Virus record (IMG/VR): IMGVR_UViG_3300028797_000113
Strand: one strand, 5' to 3'
Origin: a virus
Taxonomy: Duplodnaviria > Heunggongvirae > Uroviricota > Caudoviricetes
Length of the DNA stretch: 22,015 nucleotides
Shown here: piece by piece, positions 1 through 7,053 of the stretch
Layout: every line of letters begins with the position of its first letter
Position numbering within the stretch: position 1 is the first letter of the stretch
Made by a program: the position numbers and the translations under genes
Notes under the pieces: generated by a model
Told to the model about the DNA's origin: nothing
Databases searched by the model: none
Seen by the model: the letters and a program-made list of their open reading frames with translations, nothing else

Positions 1-118
1 ACTGTATTTGCCTGCTCTTCCCGGTCGTAACCTTGAGATTTAATAAATCACACAATTCCTTGTAGTTCTTTATTATCATTCCCTCTTGTATCTTGCTTGT
101 ATCTAAATGCAGTATCAT
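1..118 (-). CDS. 5' part of a divergent (leftward) hypothetical protein, truncated by the window edge
   Basis: Not in the ORF track. Minus strand reads AGGGGG RBS, then ATG at 118, open to base 1: MILHLDTSKIQEGMIIKNYKELCDLLNLKVTTGKSRQIQ. The IKNYKELC-x-LL...TGKS...Q pattern resembles N-termini of Firmicutes phage hypothetical proteins (recognition from memory). Confidence 0.75.
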   Translation of the reverse strand, partial: MILHLDTSKIQEGMIIKNYKELCDLLNLKVTTGKSRQIQ

Positions 119-143
119 ACATCCCCCTATCAAAGAAGAAAAC

Positions 144-172
144 TTGTCACTTTCGGCTCTATTATATATATT
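144..172 (+). promoter_or_regulatory. Putative sigma70/sigmaA promoter
   Basis: TTGTCA (144-149), 17-nt spacer, TATATT (167-172). AT-rich context raises the chance of a random match. Confidence 0.4.
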
Positions 173-280
173 ATATACACTATATTTATATATTATATAT
201 TTATATACAGTATATTAATGTTATACAGTAGATTTATATTTAATGTATATTTATATTTACTATACAGTCAAAAGTGACAA
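144..280. repeat. AT-rich tract bracketed by a perfect 10-bp inverted repeat, with internal TATACAG repeats
   Basis: TTGTCACTTT (144-153) / AAAGTGACAA (271-280). TATACAG at 204, 222 and 261, TATACAC at 174. The interior is almost all A/T. Confidence 0.8.
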
Positions 281-398
281 CTTTTTGTGGTTCGACTTTA
301 TACTACCACAAGGTTTTGTGTTTGACAATAATTTTTTGTCGAATATTTATTCATACATTTCGCCTTTAGTTAATCAATTAAGCAATCGTTTAATCGTA

Positions 399-491
399 AT
401 CTGGTATTATCTTTTTCTCCAATTTCGGGGATTTTATAATACCAATCTGGTCTTATTTTTTTATTCGCTTACGCTCATCTGGTCTTATTTT
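399..491 (+). repeat. Three iteron-like direct repeats ATCTGGTCTTATTTT
   Basis: Perfect 15-mer at 445-459 and 477-491; a 2-mismatch copy ATCTGGTATTATCTT at 399-413. Confidence 0.75.
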
Positions 492-679
492 CGTACATGG
501 CATTTTTATGGGGATGTCTCGGTATCGGGTTGGAATGGATGCGATAACGATGGAGCAGCTCCGTTCCAAACTTTCCGACGGTCCGGGAATGCCGTTTTTA
601 ATACCCCCGGGACACATTTCAGGTTCTGTTGACCACGATCCTTTTACACCTCAATTTTTTTATCGTGAAAATTACCATT

Positions 680-709
680 TTTACAATAACATTTCATTAT
701 TTATATAAT
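680..709 (+). promoter_or_regulatory. Putative sigma70/sigmaA promoter
   Basis: TTTACA (680-685), 18-nt spacer, TATAAT (704-709). Confidence 0.45.
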
Positions 710-802
710 TCTCTTTTTTGCTTCTTTTTTCTCTTTTGCCATTTTCCAAGAAAAATTTTTTCTTTTTTTTGCCTTTTTTTCGGGTGCTATTTTTCGGGTG
801 GG

Positions 803-830
803 TTGAGTTTTGCAAACAGTCTGCTATTGT
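803..830 (+). promoter_or_regulatory. Putative extended -10 promoter upstream of the structured tract
   Basis: TTGAGT (803-808), 16-nt spacer, TG-n-TATTGT (822-830). Confidence 0.3.
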
Positions 831-1043
831 GGAATTGCAAGTTGATGACGCGGACATCACTTGAGATAACTATAATTCCGCGAGAAAGGTTGTGATTTTA
901 TTCGATAGTACGTTTTTAATAATCTGAAACTCTATATATTCCCCGCCGTGTGCGTTATAACGCCACATTGGGACACGCAAGCCGTAGCGATAGCGTCAAA
1001 GCCGTGAGCGTGCTATAGGGTGGATAAATTACATACAGTCATC

Positions 1044-1603
1044 ATCCGTGTGTGTGTATCGGTTGCCAATGTTAGCCACAAACGATAGATAGCACGTCAA
1101 AAAAACGGGCTTCGTTCCCGAACGTGCGGAAAGATATGAGGTACAACACTATGACAACGATTACAGAATTACTCAACGTATGGGCAACATTGGACAATGC
1201 ACAGAAAGACAAGGCTATGAGCATACTCAACGCTATGTCTAACGAAAAGACCGCAAAGGTCGAAGATAACACGCTGGTAGAGAACATCTTCGCTAATATG
1301 CCGAAGTTTAAGAAGAACGCGAAGCGTTTATTCCTTACAGAGCAGACACACCGCTATTACGGCATCCATAAAGCGCTTGTTGCTTTAGGCGCAGAGTGGA
1401 TTAAGAAAGAAGACAGCGAGTACGAGTGCGGTTATTGGCAGTTTAAAGATACCGCGACTTGCGAAGACGCTTATAAGAAGCAGTGGGCATACGCTAACGG
1501 ACAGAACGAACAGAACAAGGTCTATGACTTCGTAATTGGCGCGTTCTAAACACACATTTAGGTAACTTCGGCTAACATTGGCACACGATATAAGCACACG
1601 GAT
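1044..1603. repeat. 34-nt imperfect inverted repeat (long-range stem) flanking the 132-aa ORF
   Basis: 1064-1077 TGCCAATGTTAGCC / 1570-1583 GGCTAACATTGGCA (14 bp perfect), plus 1057-1061/1586-1590 and 1044-1052/1595-1603 (9 bp perfect). Confidence 0.9.
1151..1549 (+). CDS. Hypothetical protein (132 aa) embedded in the structured tract; ALGAEW...YW segment reminiscent of DUF5710-like small domains
   Basis: GAGGT RBS at 1138-1142 before ATG 1151; normal protein-like composition. Domain resemblance is weak. Confidence 0.8.
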   Translation: MTTITELLNVWATLDNAQKDKAMSILNAMSNEKTAKVEDNTLVENIFANMPKFKKNAKRLFLTEQTHRYYGIHKALVALGAEWIKKEDSEYECGYWQFKDTATCEDAYKKQWAYANGQNEQNKVYDFVIGAF

Positions 1604-2800
1604 AGTGCAAGAATTAAAACCGCTTAGGTTAGACGGCTTATATGAACGTCACTCAAGGCGCACGTTAAGTGGCAACCCATCTTTAAGATGTCCATACGCA
1701 GTAGCGTGGTTGTGGATAATTCTCACACATAGACACGATATGCACAAGTCGAGTTGTTGCGAATGAGCGCACAACAAATGCTTGGAACAGATTTAGCGAC
1801 AAAACGTATCTTGGCGGAGTAGCATTGGTGCATAAAACCCTTGTCTGTTCAATAGTGGGGACACGACAGAGTGTAAAGACAACGTGTATAGCGTGTTGTG
1901 GGACAAGATGCCTAACATTAGTGAATGAGTATTTCGTGAACCGCATTTATCACGGGAAAGACGGTAAGTTGTCGGACTGAACAAGTTTGCGGGACTTGAA
2001 CCCACGTGGCAACCCTCAAGAAGTGTGTGCGTACTTCGACTGAACGAAAGAGTTAGTCAGTTTGGGCTTGGACAAGTAGGTTATGCATAAGTGAGCATCG
2101 TGGGCAAATAGTGTATGTGTTTGGGTGGCATACACTCATATTGGGACTGTCGACTTTGACACGTCGCCGACTTCTGTTCGGCGTAGTCCGTGGGTAACCT
2201 TTGGTTACGGCTATCCGTACCATTGGCACTCATTTAGAACCATAGGACAAGCGTGTACTTACGACTATCTATAAACAAGCGTGCAAGGATCACGCGTTGA
2301 TAGGTGGCAGTTCGTGGTGTGAGAACGACAAGCAGGAAGTCGTGGGGTGCAGAATAGTGCGCTTTACTCACACCACACAAGATACCAAAAACTTCAAGGT
2401 GCGTGTGATGATGTGTTGCGTCATAACGTACACATCATTATTCCCCTTGAGCGTCACTCACGCCAATGAAAAAACGACGATAAAAGTGTGGAGCGTGAGC
2501 CGCTATAAACCATAGGTGCAACTTACCATTAGCAATAATGGTTTCCGGCACAAGGGGCAGTTGGAGTAGGTGCTGTCGAAAAAATTGGTGGACTATGCCG
2601 ACCTTAACAGGCATAAGACAGTACACGAAAGTGTTGGTGCTGACCACATTAGCAACTGTTATCGGGTGCAACTCCCGATGGTAGCATTTCAGAAACGTCT
2701 AATAGAGCAAAGTGACTATGATAACACGTAGTTGCGTGGTCGCTTTCGCCGTAGACGTGCAACAACGGAAACGAACAAACGACGGAAAGGGGGTGTCGCT

Positions 2801-2860
2801 ATGATACCGCAGACAACTTGGGCAGACATTATGGATGCATATAACAATACCGACAAATAA
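2801..2860 (+). CDS. Putative 19-aa micro-protein (MIPQTTWADIMDAYNNTDK)
   Basis: GAAAGGGGGT RBS directly upstream; first ORF of the array. Confidence 0.45.
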   Translation: MIPQTTWADIMDAYNNTDK

Positions 2861-2887
2861 CGCAAATGCGTTGGAAAGGAAACGAAA

Positions 2888-3217
2888 ATGAAATACGTAA
2901 TCACGCAGGACTACCATAGCAACTATGTTGCAATAGACAAGAACGGAAACGCATACGTACACCGTCAAGGCACTATGTGTTATAGAGAACCGAAAATGAA
3001 GTGGTTTAACACACTTGAAGAAGCAAGGGAATTTGCAAACAAGGTGGCAGACCATCCACTTTGGGAACGCTTATATAGTCACGGCATAGACATATGTGAA
3101 GCGATAATTACACGTCACGTTGACGAATACGGAAATCGTTATACAACAGTTAACGCAGGCAAAATCATTTCCAGCGTGCCTGTAAAGAAATCGGATTATA
3201 GCAAATACTGTTGGTAA
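2888..3217 (+). CDS. Hypothetical phage protein (109 aa)
   Basis: GGAAAGGA RBS; contains the FNTLEEA motif. Confidence 0.85.
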   Translation: MKYVITQDYHSNYVAIDKNGNAYVHRQGTMCYREPKMKWFNTLEEAREFANKVADHPLWERLYSHGIDICEAIITRHVDEYGNRYTTVNAGKIISSVPVKKSDYSKYCW

Positions 3218-3237
3218 ACAACGGAAAGGAAACGCAA

Positions 3238-3642
3238 ATGGCTATGACAACATACTTCTACGTTGACAACGGAAAGTCACATATGGTGATGACCGACAAC
3301 AAAATGGAAATCGAACACGCAAGAGTTAGATACGGAAACGTGTTCTTCAACAAAAAAGACGCAGACGCTTTCGCTAATCAACCGCAACCGAAACGCGTTC
3401 GTCACTTGACGGATGAAGAACGGAAACAATGGGAACTTGAGCAAATGGCGTACGGAAAGAGCCAGACACCCGTAAGGGAAAAGGCAATAACGGAAATGAC
3501 ACCGTACGAACGCCTTGTTGCAGAGTTTGAGTTTGCTGCCCAATACGAAAATTGGTCGGAAACGGAATATAGACGGAAACGTAAAGCGTTCGATAGCAGA
3601 CATTGGTACGAACGCAAACAATATGAGCGTGCAAGCGCATAG
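3238..3642 (+). CDS. Hypothetical phage protein (134 aa)
   Basis: GGAAAGGA RBS before ATG 3238 (start trimmed from the track). Confidence 0.85.
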   Translation: MAMTTYFYVDNGKSHMVMTDNKMEIEHARVRYGNVFFNKKDADAFANQPQPKRVRHLTDEERKQWELEQMAYGKSQTPVREKAITEMTPYERLVAEFEFAAQYENWSETEYRRKRKAFDSRHWYERKQYERASA

Positions 3643-3673
3643 ATGTTAGATACAACGGAAAGGCGGTGATGCC

Positions 3674-3922
3674 GTGGCAACCATAGAATACACACGTATC
3701 TTGGAATTTGATACAGTAGACAAGGCAAAAGAAGCCCTTGAGCGTATGCTTAACGAACACGGAAACGATTCAACGTACATAATAAGCAACGCAATTCAAA
3801 CGGACGACAAAGTGATGTACTTTGAGCTGAACAACGGAAAACTATCAAAGACCGCAGACGTAAAGCACGTCGGAAAATGGAAACGCGGGTTTGATGAACG
3901 GTTTATGGGGGACAAAATATGA
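3674..3922 (+). CDS. Hypothetical phage protein (82 aa)
   Basis: AAGGCGGTGA RBS, GTG start; overlaps the next ATG. Confidence 0.8.
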   Translation: MATIEYTRILEFDTVDKAKEALERMLNEHGNDSTYIISNAIQTDDKVMYFELNNGKLSKTADVKHVGKWKRGFDERFMGDKI

Positions 3923-4044
3923 AAGGATATTATACGGGATATGCATACATGGGTTGGACAGGGAAATCATACAGGGCTTTTTCAAGCGAAGAAGAATATC
4001 GCGAGTGGTATGAAGAAAACGTGTACGATCCGGAATATTTGTAG
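3919..4044 (+). CDS. Small conserved-type phage protein (41 aa, MKGYYTGYAYMGWTGKSYRAFSSEEEYREW...)
   Basis: Not in the track; ATGA overlap with the upstream gene, GGGGG RBS. Matches a recurrent MKGYY...YMG...F.SE.EY small-protein pattern in Firmicutes phages. Confidence 0.8.
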   Translation: MKGYYTGYAYMGWTGKSYRAFSSEEEYREWYEENVYDPEYL

Positions 4045-4058
4045 GGAAAGGAGATAAT

Positions 4059-4358
4059 ATGATTATTACATACGAAATCGAAAAGACCACCACGATAAAG
4101 GTGGCATCTTTGGAAACTTTGGTTTATAAAACGCATACTGATGTTATTAAGTATATCGACAAAAAACGGAAAGATGTGCTTGAGGAATTTCGTAAAATGA
4201 CAAAGGCATATTCTGGTTGGAATATAGATGAGTATGATGTTGATAATACTTGTCCGTCTTATGTTGCCCACACTACAACCAACACATCGAGCAAAAAGGT
4301 TGAAATCTATATGCGTTCTGCGATGTATTACGAGAACGATTACGAGGGTATGATGTAG
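4059..4358 (+). CDS. Hypothetical phage protein (99 aa)
   Basis: AAAGGAG RBS. Confidence 0.85.
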   Translation: MIITYEIEKTTTIKVASLETLVYKTHTDVIKYIDKKRKDVLEEFRKMTKAYSGWNIDEYDVDNTCPSYVAHTTTNTSSKKVEIYMRSAMYYENDYEGMM

Positions 4359-4374
4359 GAAAGGAAGTGATTAA

Positions 4375-4551
4375 ATGGGAACACCTAACAGAAAGAGAAC
4401 GGAAACAGACTTTGTGACGGCTTATTGTTACTGCTACGGCACAAGCAGAGCGAAAGCAAAGGAAGTATATAAACGCGCAGATAACTCTTATATCAACGCC
4501 GTGATAGCGTCTTTTGAGAAAGATGTGATGTCGGCGTTTTGTGAAGATTAA
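4375..4551 (+). CDS. Hypothetical protein (58 aa)
   Basis: Not in the track; AAAGGAAGTGA RBS, MGTPNRKRTETDFVTAYCYCYG...; fills the gap in the array. Confidence 0.75.
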   Translation: MGTPNRKRTETDFVTAYCYCYGTSRAKAKEVYKRADNSYINAVIASFEKDVMSAFCED

Positions 4552-4567
4552 GAAAGGTGGTGACGGT

Positions 4568-4891
4568 ATGTACGCATACGTTTTAACCAACAAAGATACA
4601 AACGAAATACTTGGAATATACGCAACGCAAACAGCAGCAGACTATGATGACACAAGCGACGACAAGTTTGCGAACATCAACACACGAACGGAAAGAATTT
4701 TTGTGCAGAACGATTTAAGTCAACTTGCACACAGAATAACGCTTGCGATGGAGCAATTCGATCCTTATGACTTCGCAGATAGCGGTTATACGATAGAAGA
4801 AGCAGACGCGGAAAATTTGCGGATGTTGATGGAAGAACCAACGGAAATCATCAAAGGTTTATTAGACGCTATGGAAGAACTAATGGCGTAA
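4568..4891 (+). CDS. Hypothetical acidic phage protein (107 aa)
   Basis: GAAAGGTGGTGA RBS before ATG 4568; FDPYDFAD segment. Confidence 0.85.
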   Translation: MYAYVLTNKDTNEILGIYATQTAADYDDTSDDKFANINTRTERIFVQNDLSQLAHRITLAMEQFDPYDFADSGYTIEEADAENLRMLMEEPTEIIKGLLDAMEELMA

Positions 4892-4903
4892 AGGAGGTGC
4901 GAT

Positions 4904-5065
4904 ATGCCGAAAGCAATTTTCATCTGGGAACTTCCCAAAACGGAACGACTGACATATTACAAGCGCATTAAAGCGAAACTAATCGAAGAAAACGCGTTCT
5001 CTTATGAGAACCTTACAGACGCTATGAGCAATAAAATCGTAGATTTACCCTACGATATAATGTAG
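4904..5065 (+). CDS. Hypothetical protein (53 aa)
   Basis: Not in the track; AAGGAGGTG RBS, MPKAIFIWELPKTERLTYYKRIK... Confidence 0.8.
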   Translation: MPKAIFIWELPKTERLTYYKRIKAKLIEENAFSYENLTDAMSNKIVDLPYDIM

Positions 5066-5084
5066 ACCGAAAGGAAGTGATGAT

Positions 5085-5279
5085 ATGCCACTACAAAAAC
5101 CCGTTGCGAGATTTGTATTCGGTTCTTTTGAATATCGCGTGTGTTATTCCGTGTACGAGAACGACGGAAAGTTTGAAGTCCAATGGCACACCGACGACGA
5201 AGGCGGTTGTTTTGGAAAGCCGTTCGACACTTTAAACGACGCATATATGGCGATTCTTAATCGCTTCAGAACAATATAA
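5085..5279 (+). CDS. Hypothetical protein (64 aa)
   Basis: AAAGGAAGTGA RBS; FDTLNDA motif. Confidence 0.8.
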   Translation: MPLQKPVARFVFGSFEYRVCYSVYENDGKFEVQWHTDDEGGCFGKPFDTLNDAYMAILNRFRTI

Positions 5280-5296
5280 CACGGGGAGGTGTTTTT

Positions 5297-5371
5297 ATGA
5301 GAGAGATACCTATTCTCAACGGAAATGGCGGAACAATATATCTGCCAGAGGTGTTCTGTCCGCTGACTTGA
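5297..5371 (+). CDS. Putative 24-aa ORF, possibly a truncated remnant
   Basis: GGGGAGGT RBS; MREIPILNGNGGTIYLPEVFCPLT, followed by a ~77-nt gap. Confidence 0.35.
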   Translation: MREIPILNGNGGTIYLPEVFCPLT

Positions 5372-5448
5372 ACACGCAATAATTGAATAAGATGTCTGCG
5401 CTAACGGACACGCATACGGGCATGATCGAAAAAATGGGAGGACACATT

Positions 5449-5793
5449 ATGAAATCCAAAAAAATTTACACGCTTAACTTGACTATCGAAGAACATTGGA
5501 CACAAGACGAAGAAACGGAAGGCGTTGACATTAACGACTATGTTCGCGGTGTGTTTACATCTCTTGACAAGGCAATAGACGGCGCAAATTCAGTAATGGA
5601 AAGCGACGAGGATGATACAAAGGGAATCTTCATAATGGAATACGATACGGATAAAGTATCGTCGGGAAGATGTGTTGTGGGCTGGCTTAACGAAAACGGA
5701 AAGTTTTGGAAGTATTTTGAAGTAAAAGACGAAAAGCACTTTCTTTATAACCCAGACGGCAGTCCGTATTGTTCATACAAAAAGGAAGATTAA
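5449..5793 (+). CDS. Hypothetical acidic phage protein (114 aa)
   Basis: GGGAGG RBS before ATG 5449; GVFTSLDKA motif. Confidence 0.85.
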   Translation: MKSKKIYTLNLTIEEHWTQDEETEGVDINDYVRGVFTSLDKAIDGANSVMESDEDDTKGIFIMEYDTDKVSSGRCVVGWLNENGKFWKYFEVKDEKHFLYNPDGSPYCSYKKED

Positions 5794-5806
5794 GGAGGAA
5801 ACGGGA

Positions 5807-5968
5807 ATGCGTAACGAAAAAAAGAAAACGATTAAAGGCTTTAGAAAACAACTGAATACGATTAAGAGAAACTATATGTCAACTGGCGATCCGGAATACG
5901 CTATGCAGATGTCCGCTATTCAGGGCGTGATGTATGGGGCGTTCGAGCCGACAAGGCATTTTAAGTAA
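5807..5968 (+). CDS. Hypothetical basic protein (53 aa)
   Basis: Not in the track; TAAGGAGG RBS, MRNEKKKTIKGFRKQLNTIKR... Confidence 0.75.
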   Translation: MRNEKKKTIKGFRKQLNTIKRNYMSTGDPEYAMQMSAIQGVMYGAFEPTRHFK

Positions 5969-5989
5969 GAATAAACATAGGAGGCACGT

Positions 5990-6337
5990 ATGAATATTTA
6001 TGCGTATCAAGAAAAAAGTAACGGACGCGGAATGATTCACAACAAAATGCCGAATTTATGTTTCGGCTTTCATTATCTTCACGGAAAACTTGAAGACATG
6101 AACGGTTGTGACCTTTTTGGGATTCGCAAAAAAGACGAAGAAAAGCTAACCAAACGCAAAAAGGGTTGCGAAAGAGTAACAGTCATATTCCCTGACGGAA
6201 ATAAAACAGATGCAGACTTTTATTTTTGGACGCCAAAATATCAGGTGCATATTAAAGGTCTGGTTGTATTGCCAGACGATAATGACGCGGTGGAATATGC
6301 TACGGACTGCTATTACGCAGATGCAGCGGACATATAA
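5990..6337 (+). CDS. Hypothetical phage protein (115 aa)
   Basis: AGGAGG RBS. Confidence 0.85.
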   Translation: MNIYAYQEKSNGRGMIHNKMPNLCFGFHYLHGKLEDMNGCDLFGIRKKDEEKLTKRKKGCERVTVIFPDGNKTDADFYFWTPKYQVHIKGLVVLPDDNDAVEYATDCYYADAADI

Positions 6338-6348
6338 GGAGGTATGAT

Positions 6349-6789
6349 ATGCTGAATTATCACAGAAATGCAGACACGAACGTGTTGACCATTTACGAAG
6401 GACGTCGTGTGCTTTGTACCTTTTCGGATGTATTTGACGACGACGAAGCGAAAAGACTGTTCAAGGAAACCGCGTACGAGTACAACCAAGAACATCAGCC
6501 CAAGTATGATGACGTCGAAGTGGCATACGATTGGTCTAATCCGTTCGGAGTTAAGGTTGACGGAAAAAGACTATCGATCAACACGCTTGAACTTATAAAG
6601 AACTATGTACGCGCTTCGGAAATCGCAGATTTTTTGTGGAACGAATTTCCTAAAATACCCACAATGGAAGAAGCATTAGATTTAGCCGTAGAAATTCGCG
6701 ACTTGACTTATGAAGACGTCCCGGAAAGCGACGCCATAGCCGAAGTGCTTGACAAGTACGGATATTTGGAGGAGGTAGAAGATGAGTAG
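6349..6789 (+). CDS. Hypothetical acidic phage protein (146 aa)
   Basis: AAGGAGGT RBS. Confidence 0.85.
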   Translation: MLNYHRNADTNVLTIYEGRRVLCTFSDVFDDDEAKRLFKETAYEYNQEHQPKYDDVEVAYDWSNPFGVKVDGKRLSINTLELIKNYVRASEIADFLWNEFPKIPTMEEALDLAVEIRDLTYEDVPESDAIAEVLDKYGYLEEVEDE

Positions 6790-7051
6790 TGTTAGAGTAA
6801 CGCAACCCTTATATAGAGTTGCCGTTGAATATACAGACGAGGGGAACTATCGGACATACGAATACTCATATTACAGCGACTATGACAAGGCTTCAAAGGT
6901 AGTTGAACATATAAAACAATATCGGTATATCCGTATGCAGTATGGCGCAACAAAGATAACGCTCCCGCACCCGATTACGCGTGTCATTTTTGAAGAAGTA
7001 GGAGTGTTTGACAGACCGTTTGCGTACGGAAGATTTGCGGAGGAGTGGTAA
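6782..7051 (+). CDS. Hypothetical phage protein (89 aa)
   Basis: GGAGGAGGT RBS; overlaps the upstream stop. Confidence 0.85.
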   Translation: MSSVRVTQPLYRVAVEYTDEGNYRTYEYSYYSDYDKASKVVEHIKQYRYIRMQYGATKITLPHPITRVIFEEVGVFDRPFAYGRFAEEW

Positions 7052-7053
7052 AA

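Larger units (their letters stand above)
945..2758 (+). ncRNA. Candidate large structured non-coding RNA / structured leader with an embedded ORF; family unassigned; ends approximate
   Basis: Apart from 1151-1549 there are no RBS-led ORFs. Dense nested helices: 1785-1791/1844-1850, 2111-2118/2128-2135, 2144-2148/2185-2189 enclosing 2165-2170/2178-2183, 2194-2199/2203-2208, 2314-2323/2367-2376 (10 bp perfect), 2394-2399/2445-2450 enclosing 2406-2415/2431-2440, 2457-2463/2493-2499, 2525-2531/2536-2542 (GCAA loop), 2623-2634 (GAAA loop), 2661-2666/2674-2679, 2695-2701/2752-2758. G-U pairs and GNRA loops favour the + strand. Confidence 0.6.
2766..3876 (+). repeat. Dense dispersed (A)CGGAAA motif cluster
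   Basis: CGGAAA at 2766, 2783, 2944, 3130, 3222, 3270, 3333, 3421, 3453, 3491, 3557, 3574, 3656, 3760, 3835, 3871 (16 copies, 14 preceded by A). No reverse-complement copy in this interval. Confidence 0.9.

Noticed and set aside
243-895. Track ORFs 243-632, 508-708 and 629-895 (+)
   Set aside because: No RBS; F/L/I/Y-biased translations typical of AT-rich, T-tract non-coding DNA; they overlap repeats and promoter matches.
1044-1603. IS/MITE interpretation of the inverted repeat
   Set aside because: No target-site duplication, no transposase motif in the ORF, and the arm mismatches look like RNA-stem bulges or wobbles.
1019-1719. DnaA-box matches (perfect TGTGGATAA at 1711-1719, 8/9 match at 1019-1027)
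   Set aside because: Only two, ~700 bp apart and not beside the AT-rich tract; insufficient for an oriC-like call.
1989-2005. Minus-strand T-arm-like GTGGG-TTCAAGT-CCCGC suggesting a tRNA
   Set aside because: No matching acceptor stem, D-arm or anticodon arm could be built; an isolated 17-nt match.
1578-2671. Track ORFs within the structured tract (1578-1766, 1683-1946, 1793-2005, 2297-2515, 2438-2671)
   Set aside because: No Shine-Dalgarno sequences, unlike nearly every other gene here, and atypical composition; better explained as non-coding.
945-2758. Group I intron, group II intron, RNase P or tmRNA identity for the structured tract
   Set aside because: No group II domain V, no convincing group I P7 R/S elements with G-binding site, no RNase P GAGGAAAGUCC core, no tmRNA ends or CCA, and no interrupted host gene. 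Cannot be fully excluded without Infernal.
2766-3876. CRISPR array or tandem-repeat interpretation of the ACGGAAA cluster
   Set aside because: The repeat unit is only 6-8 nt, irregularly spaced and embedded in intact genes; no cas genes are present.
5297-5448. Frameshifted longer gene joining the 24-aa ORF to downstream frames
   Set aside because: It would require both a frameshift and read-through of a stop at 5388-5390; not supportable without homologues.
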